From an uncultured delta proteobacterium (lineage in GTDB: Bacteria > Myxococcota > Myxococcia > SLRQ01), in contig CAVSGM010000009.1 in the NCBI GenBank assembly GCA_963727485.1, positions 96,001 to 160,000 on the forward strand: a stretch of DNA of 64,000 bases, given 5' to 3'. Shown here one piece after another: positions 39,140 to 51,961 of the stretch (positions are counted from its first letter, which is position 1; each line of letters opens with the position of its first letter). The position numbers and the translations under genes are program-made. The notes beneath the pieces are model-generated. The model made no database searches, had not been told where the DNA came from, and saw only the letters and a program-made list of their open reading frames with translations.

Positions 39140-41710
39140 GTGCATTCCCCCCGCCCCGCCCTCGCCGCCGCCCCCTGCCTGTGGCTGGGGATCCTCCTGG
39201 CCCGGGCCCTGGGTCCCCCCGCCGGAGCCGGGGGCGGCCTCTCGGGCGCGGGCCCGGACGCCCTGGTCCTCCTCGGCGTCGCGGGGGTCGCCGCCGCCGT
39301 CGTCGCCGCCCTCCGCCCGGCCCCACCGGTGGGCCTCGCGGGCCTCGCCGTCGCCGGGGCCCTCGCCGGGGTCGCCCTGGGCCTCCTCCGCCCGGCGCCC
39401 GGACCGGCCCGCCACATTCCGGACCGCCCGGGGGCGTGCACCTTCACCGGCCGGGTGAGGACGACGCGGGCCGCCGGCGACGGCACCTCGGTGGAGCTCG
39501 ACGTCGGGCGCCTCGACGGCCGGCCCGCGCGCTTCGGCGCCCGGGTCTGGGTGCCCCCTGGGGGCCCGGTGGTGGTCCCCGGGGACGTGGTCTGGGCCCA
39601 AGGCGCCCTCTGGGCCCCGGATCCGCCCCTGAACCCCGGCGCCCCGGACCTCCGCCCGCGCCTCGCCCGGGCCGGCGTCGGCCGCCTCGGCCGGGTCCGG
39701 GGCCTGGTGGTCCTCTCCGCCGGGCCCGCGGGGGTGGCCCGGCGCCTGGCCCTCGCCCGCCTCCGGGTCCGCGCCGCCTGCCGCCGGGTGACCCGGGACC
39801 CCGCGGTCGCCGGGGTCCTCCAGGCCCTGTCCCTCGGGGGGTCGTCGGCGGTGCCCTCCCCGGTCCGCGACGCCTTCGCCCGGGCGGGCCTCGCCCACCT
39901 CCTGGCGGTCTCGGGCCTCCACCTGGGGCTGGTGGCGGTGCTCCTCTTCGCCGGGATCCGCCGGGCGGTCCTGGGCCTCCCCTGGCGCCCCGTCGCCCGC
40001 CGGGCCAACGACGTCGCCGCCCTCGTCGCCGCCCCGGCGGTGGGCTTCCTGGTGGCCTGGGTGGGCCGCCCGCCCTCGGCGGCCCGGGCCGGGCTCATGG
40101 CCCTGGTCCTCCTCGGCGCCGTCGCCGCCGGCCGCCGGCGCGACGGGTGGACCGCCCTGGCCCTCGCCGCCCTGGCCCTGGCCGCCGCCGCCCCGGACCT
40201 CCTCTTCCGCCCGGGCTTCCAGCTCTCCTTCGCCGCGGTCGCCGGCCTCCTCGCCTACCTGCCCCACCTCCCGGTCCCGGCCCCGGGCGGCGGCTGGGCC
40301 CGGCGCCTCCTGCGATCCGTCGCGGGCACCGCCGGGGCCACCCTCGCCGCCTCCCTGGCCACCGCGCCGCTGTGCGCCCTCCACTTCGGACGGGTGGCCC
40401 TCACCGGCACCCTGGCCAACCTCGTCGCCGTGCCCCTGGCGGGCCTCCTGGTCCCGGCGGTGGCCGGCGCCGCCACCGCCACCGCCTGGCTCGGCGCCGC
40501 CGCGGATCCCCTGTGGGCGCCGGCCCGGTGGCTCGCCCGGGCCCTGGTCGAGGTGGCCCGCACCGGCGCCCACCTGCCCCTGGCGTCGGTGGCCGTGCCG
40601 CCGCCGGGGCCTCTGGCCCTCGCCGCCTGCGCGGTGCTCCTGGTCGCCCTCGCCCGCCCCGGCGCCCGGCGGGGGACGCGCCTCGCCCTCGCCGCCGGCC
40701 TCGCCGTGCTCCTGGTCGCCGCCCCGCACCTGGGCCGGCGCCGGCCGCCGCCGGCCCCCCTGGCCGCCTACTTCCTCGACGTGGGCCACGGCGACGCCAT
40801 CCTCCTGCGCAGCCGCGCCGGCGACGTCCTGGTCGACGCCGGGGGCGACCCCAGCGGGCGCTACGACGTCGGCGCGCGCATCGTGGTCCCGGCCCTCCGG
40901 GCCCTCGGGGTGCGCCGCCTCGCCGCGGTCTTCGTCACCCACCCCCACCCGGACCACTACCGGGGGGTCGCCGCGGTGGCCCGGGCCTTCCCGGTGGGCG
41001 CCCTCTACGTCACCGGCGAGGCCCTCGACGGCCGCGGCCCCTACGCCCGGATGGTCGCCGGCCTCCGGCGCCGGGGGATCCCGCTCCGCATCGCCTGCCG
41101 GGCCCCGCTCCCGGACCTCGCCCCGGCGCGCCTCACCTGCCTCCACCCCTTCTCCGACTGGCCCGCCGGCACCTGGGACCCCCTCGAGGAGCCCAACGAC
41201 AACAGCATCGTCCTCCGGGTGGCCCTCGGCAGGGTGTCGCTGCTGCTCACCGGCGACATCCAGCACCGCACCGAGGCCAGGCTCCTCCGGAGCCACCCGG
41301 CCGAGCTCGCGGCGACGGTGGTCAAGGCGCCCCACCACGGGAGCCGGACCTCGTCGACCCGGGCCTTCGTCGCCGCCACCGGGGCCCGCTACGTGGTCTT
41401 CACCGTCGCCCCCCGGTCCCACTTCCACTTCCCGGCGGCGGCGGTGGTCCGCAGGTGGCGCGCCGCCGGGGCCCGGACCTTCCGCACCGGCGTCGACGGT
41501 GCGGTGCGGGTGCTCACCGATGGCCGGCGGGTGCAGGTGGAGTCGATGCGGGCGGGGTGGCGGCCCTGGCCGGCGCCGGCGTCGCCTCCGGCCCCTGGAA
41601 CACCAGCCTCGCGAACCGCCGCACGTTGTGGAAGTCGGGGATCACCGGCGGCGAGTACGCCATCCCCAGCTCCGAGGTGCGCCCGGGGTGCTCGAGGCGG
41701 TAGAGGTTGA
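39140..41710 (+). CDS. comEC: DNA uptake protein ComEC/Rec2
   Basis: Competence domain GLAHLLAVSGLH, GFQLSF; metallo-beta-lactamase domain FLDVGHGD, THPHPDH, NDNSIV, LLTGD, KAPHHGS. Confidence 0.92.
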   Translation: MHSPRPALAAAPCLWLGILLARALGPPAGAGGGLSGAGPDALVLLGVAGVAAAVVAALRPAPPVGLAGLAVAGALAGVALGLLRPAPGPARHIPDRPGACTFTGRVRTTRAAGDGTSVELDVGRLDGRPARFGARVWVPPGGPVVVPGDVVWAQGALWAPDPPLNPGAPDLRPRLARAGVGRLGRVRGLVVLSAGPAGVARRLALARLRVRAACRRVTRDPAVAGVLQALSLGGSSAVPSPVRDAFARAGLAHLLAVSGLHLGLVAVLLFAGIRRAVLGLPWRPVARRANDVAALVAAPAVGFLVAWVGRPPSAARAGLMALVLLGAVAAGRRRDGWTALALAALALAAAAPDLLFRPGFQLSFAAVAGLLAYLPHLPVPAPGGGWARRLLRSVAGTAGATLAASLATAPLCALHFGRVALTGTLANLVAVPLAGLLVPAVAGAATATAWLGAAADPLWAPARWLARALVEVARTGAHLPLASVAVPPPGPLALAACAVLLVALARPGARRGTRLALAAGLAVLLVAAPHLGRRRPPPAPLAAYFLDVGHGDAILLRSRAGDVLVDAGGDPSGRYDVGARIVVPALRALGVRRLAAVFVTHPHPDHYRGVAAVARAFPVGALYVTGEALDGRGPYARMVAGLRRRGIPLRIACRAPLPDLAPARLTCLHPFSDWPAGTWDPLEEPNDNSIVLRVALGRVSLLLTGDIQHRTEARLLRSHPAELAATVVKAPHHGSRTSSTRAFVAATGARYVVFTVAPRSHFHFPAAAVVRRWRAAGARTFRTGVDGAVRVLTDGRRVQVESMRAGWRPWPAPASPPAPGTPASRTAARCGSRGSPAASTPSPAPRCARGARGGRG

Positions 41711-42830
41711 AGCGCCACAGGTCGCCCGGGTGCGGGGGCACGTGGCGGACGTCGTAGAGCGTGGCGATGGGGATGGCCATCTCGGCGGTGTAGCCCCGGT
41801 CGGTGTCCGACCTGTCGTTGAGGGTCCCCTCCACGTGGACCTTCGCCACCATCTTCGACGACCAGGCGAGGTCCATGCCCTGGCGCGGGCCCTCGAAGCG
41901 GGCGTCGAAGACGTGGCCGGTGGGGGCGAGCTCGATCTCGTTGTAGGTGCGCCCGTCGGCGTTCCCGTCGAGGAAGATCTCCACGGCCTCCTCCTTGTAG
42001 AGGGGGTCGTCGTCGTGGGTGTAGCTGGACCAGACGTCGGGGTCCTCGACGTCCCAGGCCACGTAGAGGTGGGCGTCGTCCCAGAGGAGGCGGGCGGTGG
42101 TGCGCAGGGCCGCCTTGCCCCGGCCGTCGCTGCGGACCAGGTCCACCGCCGGGGCCTGCTTCCACACCGGGTCGTCGATGCGGCCGTCGATCTTCGGGGG
42201 CGTCGCCGTGTAGGGCACCGTGTAGGTGGGCAGGGGCAGCGCGCCCCCGGCGATGGGGAGGGTGGCGGCGCGGATCCGGTTGGCGCCGTCGCCCGCGCCC
42301 CGGCGGTCCACGGGCATCCGCCCGGTGACCCGGTAGAGCCCCACGTGGATCTGGAGGCTGGGGTCGAGCCAGGTGCGCGGGAGGGCGAAGCGATGGACGT
42401 CGGCGTAGACCTTCCCGACCTGCCACCGCGAGGTGGGCCAGAGGCCGTCGACGGACCAGCCGTCGGCGCCGAGGGTGACCCGGCTGACCCCCGGCGGCGA
42501 CACGTGGACGAAGACCTTCCAGTCGTGGGCCACCTGGCGCAGGGCCTCCCAGTAGAAGGTCACCGACACCGCGGCGCCGCGGCGGGGCGGGCTCGGGTCC
42601 ACCGAGAGGCCCAGGTAGCGGATGCGCCCGCCGCCGAGGGTCACCGGGCCCCCCGGGGGCGTGACCAGGCCCGCCGGGGCGTGGGCCAGGGTGTGGGCGG
42701 CGACCTCGGCCTGCTGGGCCCGGGTGAGGTGCTCGGGCGGGGGCCTCGGGGCGCTCGGGTCCCGGCAGCCGGCGAGGGCGAAAAGGGCGGCGAGGGCCAG
42801 GGGGCCGAGGCGGCGGGCGCGGGTGGGCAT
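41514..42830 (-). CDS. Lipoprotein with a carbohydrate-binding family 9-like domain
   Basis: Lipobox ALAGC; PKIDGRIDDPVW, RLLWDDAHLYV, EAVEIFLD, YTAEMAIP, WRFNLYR. Confidence 0.78.
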   Translation of the reverse strand: MPTRARRLGPLALAALFALAGCRDPSAPRPPPEHLTRAQQAEVAAHTLAHAPAGLVTPPGGPVTLGGGRIRYLGLSVDPSPPRRGAAVSVTFYWEALRQVAHDWKVFVHVSPPGVSRVTLGADGWSVDGLWPTSRWQVGKVYADVHRFALPRTWLDPSLQIHVGLYRVTGRMPVDRRGAGDGANRIRAATLPIAGGALPLPTYTVPYTATPPKIDGRIDDPVWKQAPAVDLVRSDGRGKAALRTTARLLWDDAHLYVAWDVEDPDVWSSYTHDDDPLYKEEAVEIFLDGNADGRTYNEIELAPTGHVFDARFEGPRQGMDLAWSSKMVAKVHVEGTLNDRSDTDRGYTAEMAIPIATLYDVRHVPPHPGDLWRFNLYRLEHPGRTSELGMAYSPPVIPDFHNVRRFARLVFQGPEATPAPARAATPPASTPPAPAGHR

Positions 42831-42975
42831 GGCCCGCATGGAAGCGCGCCGGCGGCGTGGGCGCAAGGGGCCGGGCATCGTGGCCGGCCCGGCCCCTGGA
42901 CGGCCGGTCCGCGTGTCGGACCGCCGGAAGCCGGGGCCCTCGGCGGAGGCCCGGCCTCGACGGGCGTCCCGGCTC

Positions 42976-42990
42976 CGGCACGGCCCTTGC
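42976..42990 (+). promoter_or_regulatory. Sigma54 (-24/-12) promoter
   Basis: CGGCACGGCCCTTGC; ATG at 43004. Confidence 0.65.
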
Positions 42991-43003
42991 GACGCCCCGG
43001 ACC

Positions 43004-43753
43004 ATGGCCCGCACCCCCACCCTCGTCGCCGACCCCACCCCCGAGGGCCTCGCCCGCCTCCGCCGCGCCCTGGCCCTCGACGACGCCTACGGCCTCGACG
43101 GTGCCCTCGGCGACGTCCTCCTCACGGTGCCCCCGAGCCGGGCCGGGCGCCTCCGGGTCGACGGCCGGCGCCTCCCCGCCGGCACCCGGGCCCTCCTCGG
43201 CGGCGAGCGCCTGCGCCACGGCCGCCGCCGCCTCCACCTGCGGGCCCCGCCCCGGACCGCGGCCCCCTCGGGGACCCGGACCCTCGCCCGGGCGGCCCTG
43301 TCCCGGGGCTTCATCGGCGACGTGGTCCCCGGGCCCTGCCTCGCGGTCCTCGAGGGCCCGTCGGCCGGGCGGCGCTGGCCCCTGGCGCCGGGCGCCCACC
43401 GCCTGGGCCGGGGCCTCGACGCGGACATCGTGGTGGTCGACCCCGCCGTCTCCCGGCACCACGGCGTGGTGGAGGTCGACGCCGCCGGCCGGGTGCGCCT
43501 CCGGGACGCCGGGAGCCGCAACGGCGTCCGGGTGGGCCGCCGGCGCCTGCGCGGTTGGCGGGCGCTGAAGGGCGGCGAGGAGCTAATCCTCGGCCGGACG
43601 CGGCTGCGGTACCTGCCGGGGCCGGCGACCCGGGGGCCGGTCTCCGCGAAGGCAGGATCGCCCCGAGGACCCGGAGACGGCCTCTGGCTCGCCGCCGCCG
43701 CCGGCCTCCTGGTGGGCGGGGCCCTGGTTTCGGCGGCGGTCCTGGCCGGGTGA
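43004..43753 (+). CDS. FHA domain protein with a C-terminal TM segment
   Basis: LGRG...DPAVSRHH...DAGSRNG; degenerate FHA-like N-terminal half; hydrophobic C-terminus. Confidence 0.75.
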   Translation: MARTPTLVADPTPEGLARLRRALALDDAYGLDGALGDVLLTVPPSRAGRLRVDGRRLPAGTRALLGGERLRHGRRRLHLRAPPRTAAPSGTRTLARAALSRGFIGDVVPGPCLAVLEGPSAGRRWPLAPGAHRLGRGLDADIVVVDPAVSRHHGVVEVDAAGRVRLRDAGSRNGVRVGRRRLRGWRALKGGEELILGRTRLRYLPGPATRGPVSAKAGSPRGPGDGLWLAAAAGLLVGGALVSAAVLAG

Positions 43754-43909
43754 GCCAGGGCCGGCGCGCGCCCCATGCCGACGCGCCATCGGTGGCCCCG
43801 CGCCAGCGACGGGAGGGCAGGTGCCTCCGGGAAGCTTCGTCCCTACTGTCGGGATACGCTTGGGAACTGTCTGCCGGACGTCGAGATCCAGGCCAGGGGG
43901 GCCGCCGAG

Positions 43910-44635
43910 ATGAGCGAGGTCGAACAACCGGAAACCGGGGCGCTGCGGCCAGGACGCCAGCCTCTCGGCTACCCCAGACGTCCCATCTGGTGTCGGGTGT
44001 TGAACCTGCTGGTGCGCTTCGCGCCGCTGAGGAACAGGTTCTCCCACACGTCTCTGCTGATGCGAAAGGATCTCGGCGAAGCCAGGCAGCCGAGCGCTCT
44101 GCCTGGTGATCTGGAGTTCCAAGAGGCGGGCGCAGAAGACCTCGACGCGATCCTGCATCACCCCGAAGCGGTGCCGGAGGAGGTCTACCGAAGCAGATTG
44201 GCCGCGGGCGACCGCTGCTACTGCCTGAAGCGGTCCGGAGCGATAGTCGGCTACAGCTGGGTGAGAGGAGGCAGCTGCTGTGTCTTCTGCGGGTTTGAGA
44301 AGGGCATCGACTTCCTGCCCCTCGAAGCGCATCGGCGGTTCAGCTACGACCTCTACGTCTACGAGGACCATCGCCGATCAGGGTTGGGCACGGTGATCTA
44401 CGGGCAGCTCCTGTGGGCGCTGCGAGGCCAGGGCGCACGGGAGGCATACAGCCTGGTCATGCCCGACAACCCGGCCTCGCTGAAGGTTCACTTCTCGCTC
44501 GGATATGAAGCCGATCACCTGGTCCATGGATACCGGTTGGGCCCCTGGGTCTGGACGCACCTGGATCGCGACGGCGACAGGGCAGACCTGGACGCCTGGG
44601 TGGCGCGAGCCAGGCGACACCTGGGCATCCCCTGA
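43910..44635 (+). CDS. GNAT-family N-acetyltransferase, atypical codon usage
   Basis: YVYEDHRRSGLG (AcCoA-binding motif A); DNPASLKVHFSLGY. Confidence 0.72.
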   Translation: MSEVEQPETGALRPGRQPLGYPRRPIWCRVLNLLVRFAPLRNRFSHTSLLMRKDLGEARQPSALPGDLEFQEAGAEDLDAILHHPEAVPEEVYRSRLAAGDRCYCLKRSGAIVGYSWVRGGSCCVFCGFEKGIDFLPLEAHRRFSYDLYVYEDHRRSGLGTVIYGQLLWALRGQGAREAYSLVMPDNPASLKVHFSLGYEADHLVHGYRLGPWVWTHLDRDGDRADLDAWVARARRHLGIP

Positions 44636-44676
44636 CCTGAAGCTCGACGCGCCGCGGGCCCGGGCGCCGCCCGCTC

Positions 44677-45096
44677 CTACCGCCCCTCGAGCCCGGCCCG
44701 GGAGACGATGAGGTCCCGGAGCGCCTGGTGCCCCCGGATGAAGCTCGAGAACTGGAGCAGCCCCCGGCGGGTGATGACGTCGTAGGTCACCAGCCCGGAG
44801 AGCCCCGGGCGCACGTCGACCTTGAGGATGCTCTCATAGGGGTAGCTCTCGAAGGAGAGCAGGCCCCGGTAGGTCACCCCATAGCGGTCGGCGGTGATGG
44901 TCAGGCCGCTGTAGAAGGCCAGCACCGCCCCGAAGAGGATGATGAAGAAGAGCACCGAGATGTAGGTGTGGGTGGGAATGGGCTCCCGGAGCCAGAGCAT
45001 GATGAGCAGGATCAGCACCCAGGCGCCGATGGCCCCCCAGACCACGTACCGCAGCCACGGCTGGAGCCGGAACTCCTGCTTGTCCTCCGCCGACAC
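44677..45096 (-). CDS. Small membrane protein (2 TM + bacterial PH-like domain)
   Basis: GTG 45096 preceded by TTGCCG-N17-TATAAT (leaderless-like); two TM helices then a beta-rich domain. Confidence 0.65.
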   Translation of the reverse strand: MSAEDKQEFRLQPWLRYVVWGAIGAWVLILLIMLWLREPIPTHTYISVLFFIILFGAVLAFYSGLTITADRYGVTYRGLLSFESYPYESILKVDVRPGLSGLVTYDVITRRGLLQFSSFIRGHQALRDLIVSRAGLEGR

Positions 45097-45233
45097 CCGG
45101 GAATTATAGGGGCCCCCCGGCGGGGCGGCAAAGGCGGCCATCGGCCACTTGGCCCATTTGAGGCGACCCCCAGCCTTGGCTATCCTCACACCAGCGATCC
45201 CTGCCAACCCTGCCAAGTGAGGACGTCACCCGG

Positions 45234-46907
45234 GTGTCCGAGGCCAGGCCAGCCAAGGTCCTGTTCGTGAGCTTCGACGTGGTCCCCGACTTCACGGGGA
45301 CCAGCGCGCGGACGACCGAAATCCTCCGGGGCCTCACGCCCCGCTACGAGGTCCACGCCCTCACGGCGAAGACCCCGGAGCACGGGCACATCGAGCGCTA
45401 CGAGGGCGCCCGGCTGCTCCGGGTCCCGGTCGGCAGCGGCGACGTGCGCAGCCAGGGCGAGGCCTTCGAGCGCGCGGTCCGCCGCCAGCTCCAGAGCGAG
45501 GAGTACGACCTCGTCCACTTCACCAATCCCTTCGGGGGCTACGTGCTGGCCTCCCAGAAGGCCCAGCTCGGCTACCGGGTGGTCTACGAGGCGCGCAGCT
45601 TCCCCTCCATCGACCTCAAGTACACCGACCCCGACATCGAGACCGACCGGCGCTTCCTCACCAAGGTGAGGCGCCAGGAGCTCTACTGCCTCACCAACGC
45701 CGACGTGGTGATCGTCCCCAGCGGCCCGGCGCGGACCCACGTCGAGAGCCTGGGGGTCCCCGAGGAGCAGGTGCGGGTGGTCCCGCCCCCCGTCGACCTC
45801 GACGCCCTGGCCACCCCCGAGCGGCCCATCGGGGAGCCCTGCCGCTTCCTCTACCTGGGCAGCCACGTATCCTGGCAGGGGGTCCCCAGCCTCCTCTTCG
45901 CCCTGCGCCAGGCGGTCCAGGAGGTCGACCTCACCTGCCGCATCGTCGGCCCCACCCAGGGCGCCTGGCAGCGCCAGCTCCAGGAGATGGTCCGGGAGTT
46001 CTCCCTGCGCGAGAAGGTCCGCCTGGAGATGGCCGTGCCCCACGAGGACGTGCCCATCCTCCTCGCCGAGGCCGACGTGGGCGTCGCGCCCCTGCAGCCC
46101 GGGGAGCGCAACCAGGTCCAGGGGCCGGCGCCGATGAAGATCGCCGAGTACCTCGGGGCCGGCCGGCCGGTCATCGCCGCCGACCTCCCGGTGACCCGGA
46201 CCATGGTCGAGGACGGGGTCACCGGCCTCCTCTACCCCCCGAGCGACGAGGACGCCCTCGCCGAGCGGCTGGTGCGCCTCGCCCGGGACGTCGACGGCCG
46301 GGCCCGGATGGGCGCCGCCGCCCGGGAGTCCGCCAAGCAGCGCTTCGACGCCGAGGGGGCGCGGCGGACCGTCCAGCGCCTCTACGACGAGCTCCTCGAG
46401 GGGCGCAGCCGCGTGCCCGCCTCCCAGGACGGGGCCCCCGAGGTCGCCGCCGACGAGCCGACCCTCACCGGGGCCAGCTTCGGGCCCGGGCACGAGGAGG
46501 TCACCCAGCTCGCCACCAGCCGACCCGCGGGCGTCGACGGCCAGGGCGTACCGCCGGGGACCTCCCCGTGGGCCGACGAGCCGGCCGCCGAGGGGGAGCC
46601 CTTCGACGCCGAGGGGCCGACCCGGGCGGTGGACGCGTCGACCCTGCCGGGGTTCGCGGGTGAGGCGGGAAGTGAGACGGGGCCCGAGGCGACCGGGGAG
46701 CCGGACACGCACCCGCGGGTGGTGGTGGACCCTTCGATGGCGGCGCCGGAGGCGGTTGCCGAGGCCGACCCGGAGGCGCCCGGCGACGTAGAGCCGGAGG
46801 CCGGTCCTGAGCCCGAAGCGCCGGCGGAGCGCGTCGCCGCCGCGCCGGCCGGTACGTCGACCGGCGCCAGCCGCCGCGAGGACACCAGCCCGGGGTTCAA
46901 GGGCTGA
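45234..46907 (+). CDS. Glycosyltransferase family 4 with an acidic low-complexity C-terminal tail
   Basis: GT-B motifs PMKIAEYLGAGRPVIAADL, VEDGVTGLL; E/P/A-rich tail. Confidence 0.85.
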   Translation: MSEARPAKVLFVSFDVVPDFTGTSARTTEILRGLTPRYEVHALTAKTPEHGHIERYEGARLLRVPVGSGDVRSQGEAFERAVRRQLQSEEYDLVHFTNPFGGYVLASQKAQLGYRVVYEARSFPSIDLKYTDPDIETDRRFLTKVRRQELYCLTNADVVIVPSGPARTHVESLGVPEEQVRVVPPPVDLDALATPERPIGEPCRFLYLGSHVSWQGVPSLLFALRQAVQEVDLTCRIVGPTQGAWQRQLQEMVREFSLREKVRLEMAVPHEDVPILLAEADVGVAPLQPGERNQVQGPAPMKIAEYLGAGRPVIAADLPVTRTMVEDGVTGLLYPPSDEDALAERLVRLARDVDGRARMGAAARESAKQRFDAEGARRTVQRLYDELLEGRSRVPASQDGAPEVAADEPTLTGASFGPGHEEVTQLATSRPAGVDGQGVPPGTSPWADEPAAEGEPFDAEGPTRAVDASTLPGFAGEAGSETGPEATGEPDTHPRVVVDPSMAAPEAVAEADPEAPGDVEPEAGPEPEAPAERVAAAPAGTSTGASRREDTSPGFKG

Positions 46908-46919
46908 ACCTGGCCCCCG

Positions 46920-48356
46920 ATGGCCCGCCTCCTCCCCATCGCCATCGCCGGGCTCCTCGCCGCCGGCCTCCCGGGTGGCGCCAGCGCCCAGACGCGCCCC
47001 CCGGCCGCCCCCAAGCCCCCGCCCCGCGCGGCCCTGCGGCCCCCGGCGCCGGCGACCTCGGTCTTCGGCCCCCACCGCTACGTCCTGGAGCGGGTGGCCA
47101 TCCGAGGGAACCGACGCACCCGCGCCGACCTCATCCGCCACGCCCTCACCGTGACCCCGGGGCAGTTCCTCGACGAGGCCCAGGTCGCCCGCTCGCGCCT
47201 GCGCATCCTCGCCCTCGGCCTCTTCCGCCGGGTGGAGATGCGCCTGACCCGGGGGAGCCAGCGCGGCTGGGTGGTGCTGGTGGTCACGGTCACCGAGCGC
47301 CCGAGCCTCGCCATCTCCGACCTCTTCCTCGGGACCACCGACGTGAGCCCCTTCTACGGGGGCTTCGGCATCGCCGACGACAACCTCCTGGGCAGCGGCC
47401 TCCTCGGCTCGGCGGCCTTCGTGGTGGGCACCGACGGCAGGTGGGCCCTCAGGGCGAGCCTCCACGACCCGGGGCTCCTCGGCAGCGACGTCATCGCCGG
47501 GCTCACCGCCACCTGGGTGAGGGGCGTCGAGGTCAACTGCCCGCTGGGCCTCGGCCGGTGCGACACCGCGGGCCTCGACCGCCTGCGCTACCGCCGGGGC
47601 GGGGGCATCCTCTCGGTGGGCCTGCGCACCGGCCGGGAGTCCCGGGTCTACATCCACTACCGGGCCGAGGGCCTCACCTCGAGAATCCATCCGGGGGCCG
47701 TGCGTCTGACCACCCCCGGCCTGCCCCTGGACCTCCCGCCCATCGCCGCCGGCCGCTCCTTCCTCTCCACCGTCGCCGTGGCCTTCGAGACCGACACCCG
47801 GGACGACCCCTTCATCGCCACCAGGGGCACCCGGTTCCTGGTGAGCGCCGAGGTGTCGAGCAAGCTCCTGTTCTCCGACTACGACTACTCGCGCTACCGG
47901 GTGTCGGTGGCCCACTACTTCCGGGGGTTCGCGGACCACAGCATCCGCCTCCACCTCTTCGTCGGCCTGGTCCAGGGCGCCGCGCCCTTCTTCGACCGCT
48001 TCCAGGTCGCCGACCACAGCTTCTTCACCGTCGGCGCCAACACCGTGCCCCGGGCCCTGGAGCTGTCGTTCACCGAGATCTCCAAGTACGACGACGTCCT
48101 GGTCTCCGGCGACGCCACCTACCAGGTGCCGGTGTTCACCGAGGGCGGCCACTTCCTCTACCGGGGCTACCTCTACGCCGCCGTCGCCCTCACCCTCTCC
48201 GCCCACACCGTCGACCGCTCGCTCCTCGACCTCTCCTTCGACCCCCGCAACGAGGTGAGCCGCTTCCCGGTCTCCGGCGACCTGGGCATCCGCCTGGACA
48301 CCGCCGTCGGCGTGTTCTCCATCGGGCTCTCCTACCCCCTCGATCTCCTCTTCTAG
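46920..48356 (+). CDS. BamA/TamA (Omp85)-family outer membrane protein with a single POTRA domain
   Basis: Signal peptide; POTRA IRGNRRTR...LGLF...VTVTERP; DDNLLGSG, DTRDDPF. Confidence 0.75.
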   Translation: MARLLPIAIAGLLAAGLPGGASAQTRPPAAPKPPPRAALRPPAPATSVFGPHRYVLERVAIRGNRRTRADLIRHALTVTPGQFLDEAQVARSRLRILALGLFRRVEMRLTRGSQRGWVVLVVTVTERPSLAISDLFLGTTDVSPFYGGFGIADDNLLGSGLLGSAAFVVGTDGRWALRASLHDPGLLGSDVIAGLTATWVRGVEVNCPLGLGRCDTAGLDRLRYRRGGGILSVGLRTGRESRVYIHYRAEGLTSRIHPGAVRLTTPGLPLDLPPIAAGRSFLSTVAVAFETDTRDDPFIATRGTRFLVSAEVSSKLLFSDYDYSRYRVSVAHYFRGFADHSIRLHLFVGLVQGAAPFFDRFQVADHSFFTVGANTVPRALELSFTEISKYDDVLVSGDATYQVPVFTEGGHFLYRGYLYAAVALTLSAHTVDRSLLDLSFDPRNEVSRFPVSGDLGIRLDTAVGVFSIGLSYPLDLLF

Positions 48357-48364
48357 GGGAGGCC

Positions 48365-49077
48365 ATGCGTCACCTCGTCGTCATCGCCGCGCTCCTCGCC
48401 GCCGCCCTGGTGGCCGGCCCGGCGCGCGCCGGCGACGGGAAGAAGCCCCTCCCGGTGAAGCTCTCGGTCCACGAGGACGAGCTCTTCGCCACCGTCGACG
48501 TCTCCAGCGTCTTCACCCGGGCGGTGCAGGAGAAGCTCACCAGCGGGCTCACCAACCGCATCCGCATCACCGTGGAGCTCCGGCCCCTGGACCGGGACCT
48601 CGACGAGCTCAAGGCGCCGATCTCGGTGACCGTGCGCGAGTGCCGGATCGCCTACGACCTCTGGGGCGAGCGCTTCGGCGTCATCATCGACGACGGGGGC
48701 AAGCGGCGCCGGGAGGTGCTCCCCGACTATGGCGCCGTGGTCGCCGCCTGCGCCCGGATGACCGCCGTGGACCTGGCCCCGGTGGGCGCCGTGGACCTCC
48801 GCCGCCAGTACCGCCTGGAGGTGAAGGTCGAGGTGAACCCCGTCGACCCCAAGGACGCCGACGCCGGGCGCGCCTACCTCGGCGACCCCCTCGGCCACCG
48901 CCGCGCCGGCGACGACAACGGCGGCACCCTCTTCGGCGCCGTGGCCAACTTCTTCACCCGGGATCCCCCCGACGCCGGCAGCGGCGTCACCCGCTTCGAG
49001 AGCCCGGCCTTCGGCGAGTCGGCCATCCGCTCGGCGCTGGCCGGGGGGAGCCACCCGCACCCCCTGGGGGCCCAGAG

Positions 49078-49081
<4 letters not shown>
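48365..49081 (+). CDS. Exported DUF4390-like protein
   Basis: GGAGG RBS, signal peptide, IAYDLW motif; immediately upstream of an NtrY-like kinase. Confidence 0.65.
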
Positions 49082-50595
<1,514 letters not shown>

Positions 50596-50605
50596 GCTCG
50601 GGGCG

Positions 50606-51957
<1,352 letters not shown>

Positions 51958-51961
<4 letters not shown>

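Noticed and set aside
38407..40098. 563-aa extended CarD-like ORF
   Set aside because: The extension is antisense to comEC; the real gene starts at ATG 38898 after a GAGGAG RBS.
43754..44680. Mobile element around the atypical GNAT gene
   Set aside because: No transposase, integrase, terminal inverted repeats or target-site duplication visible.
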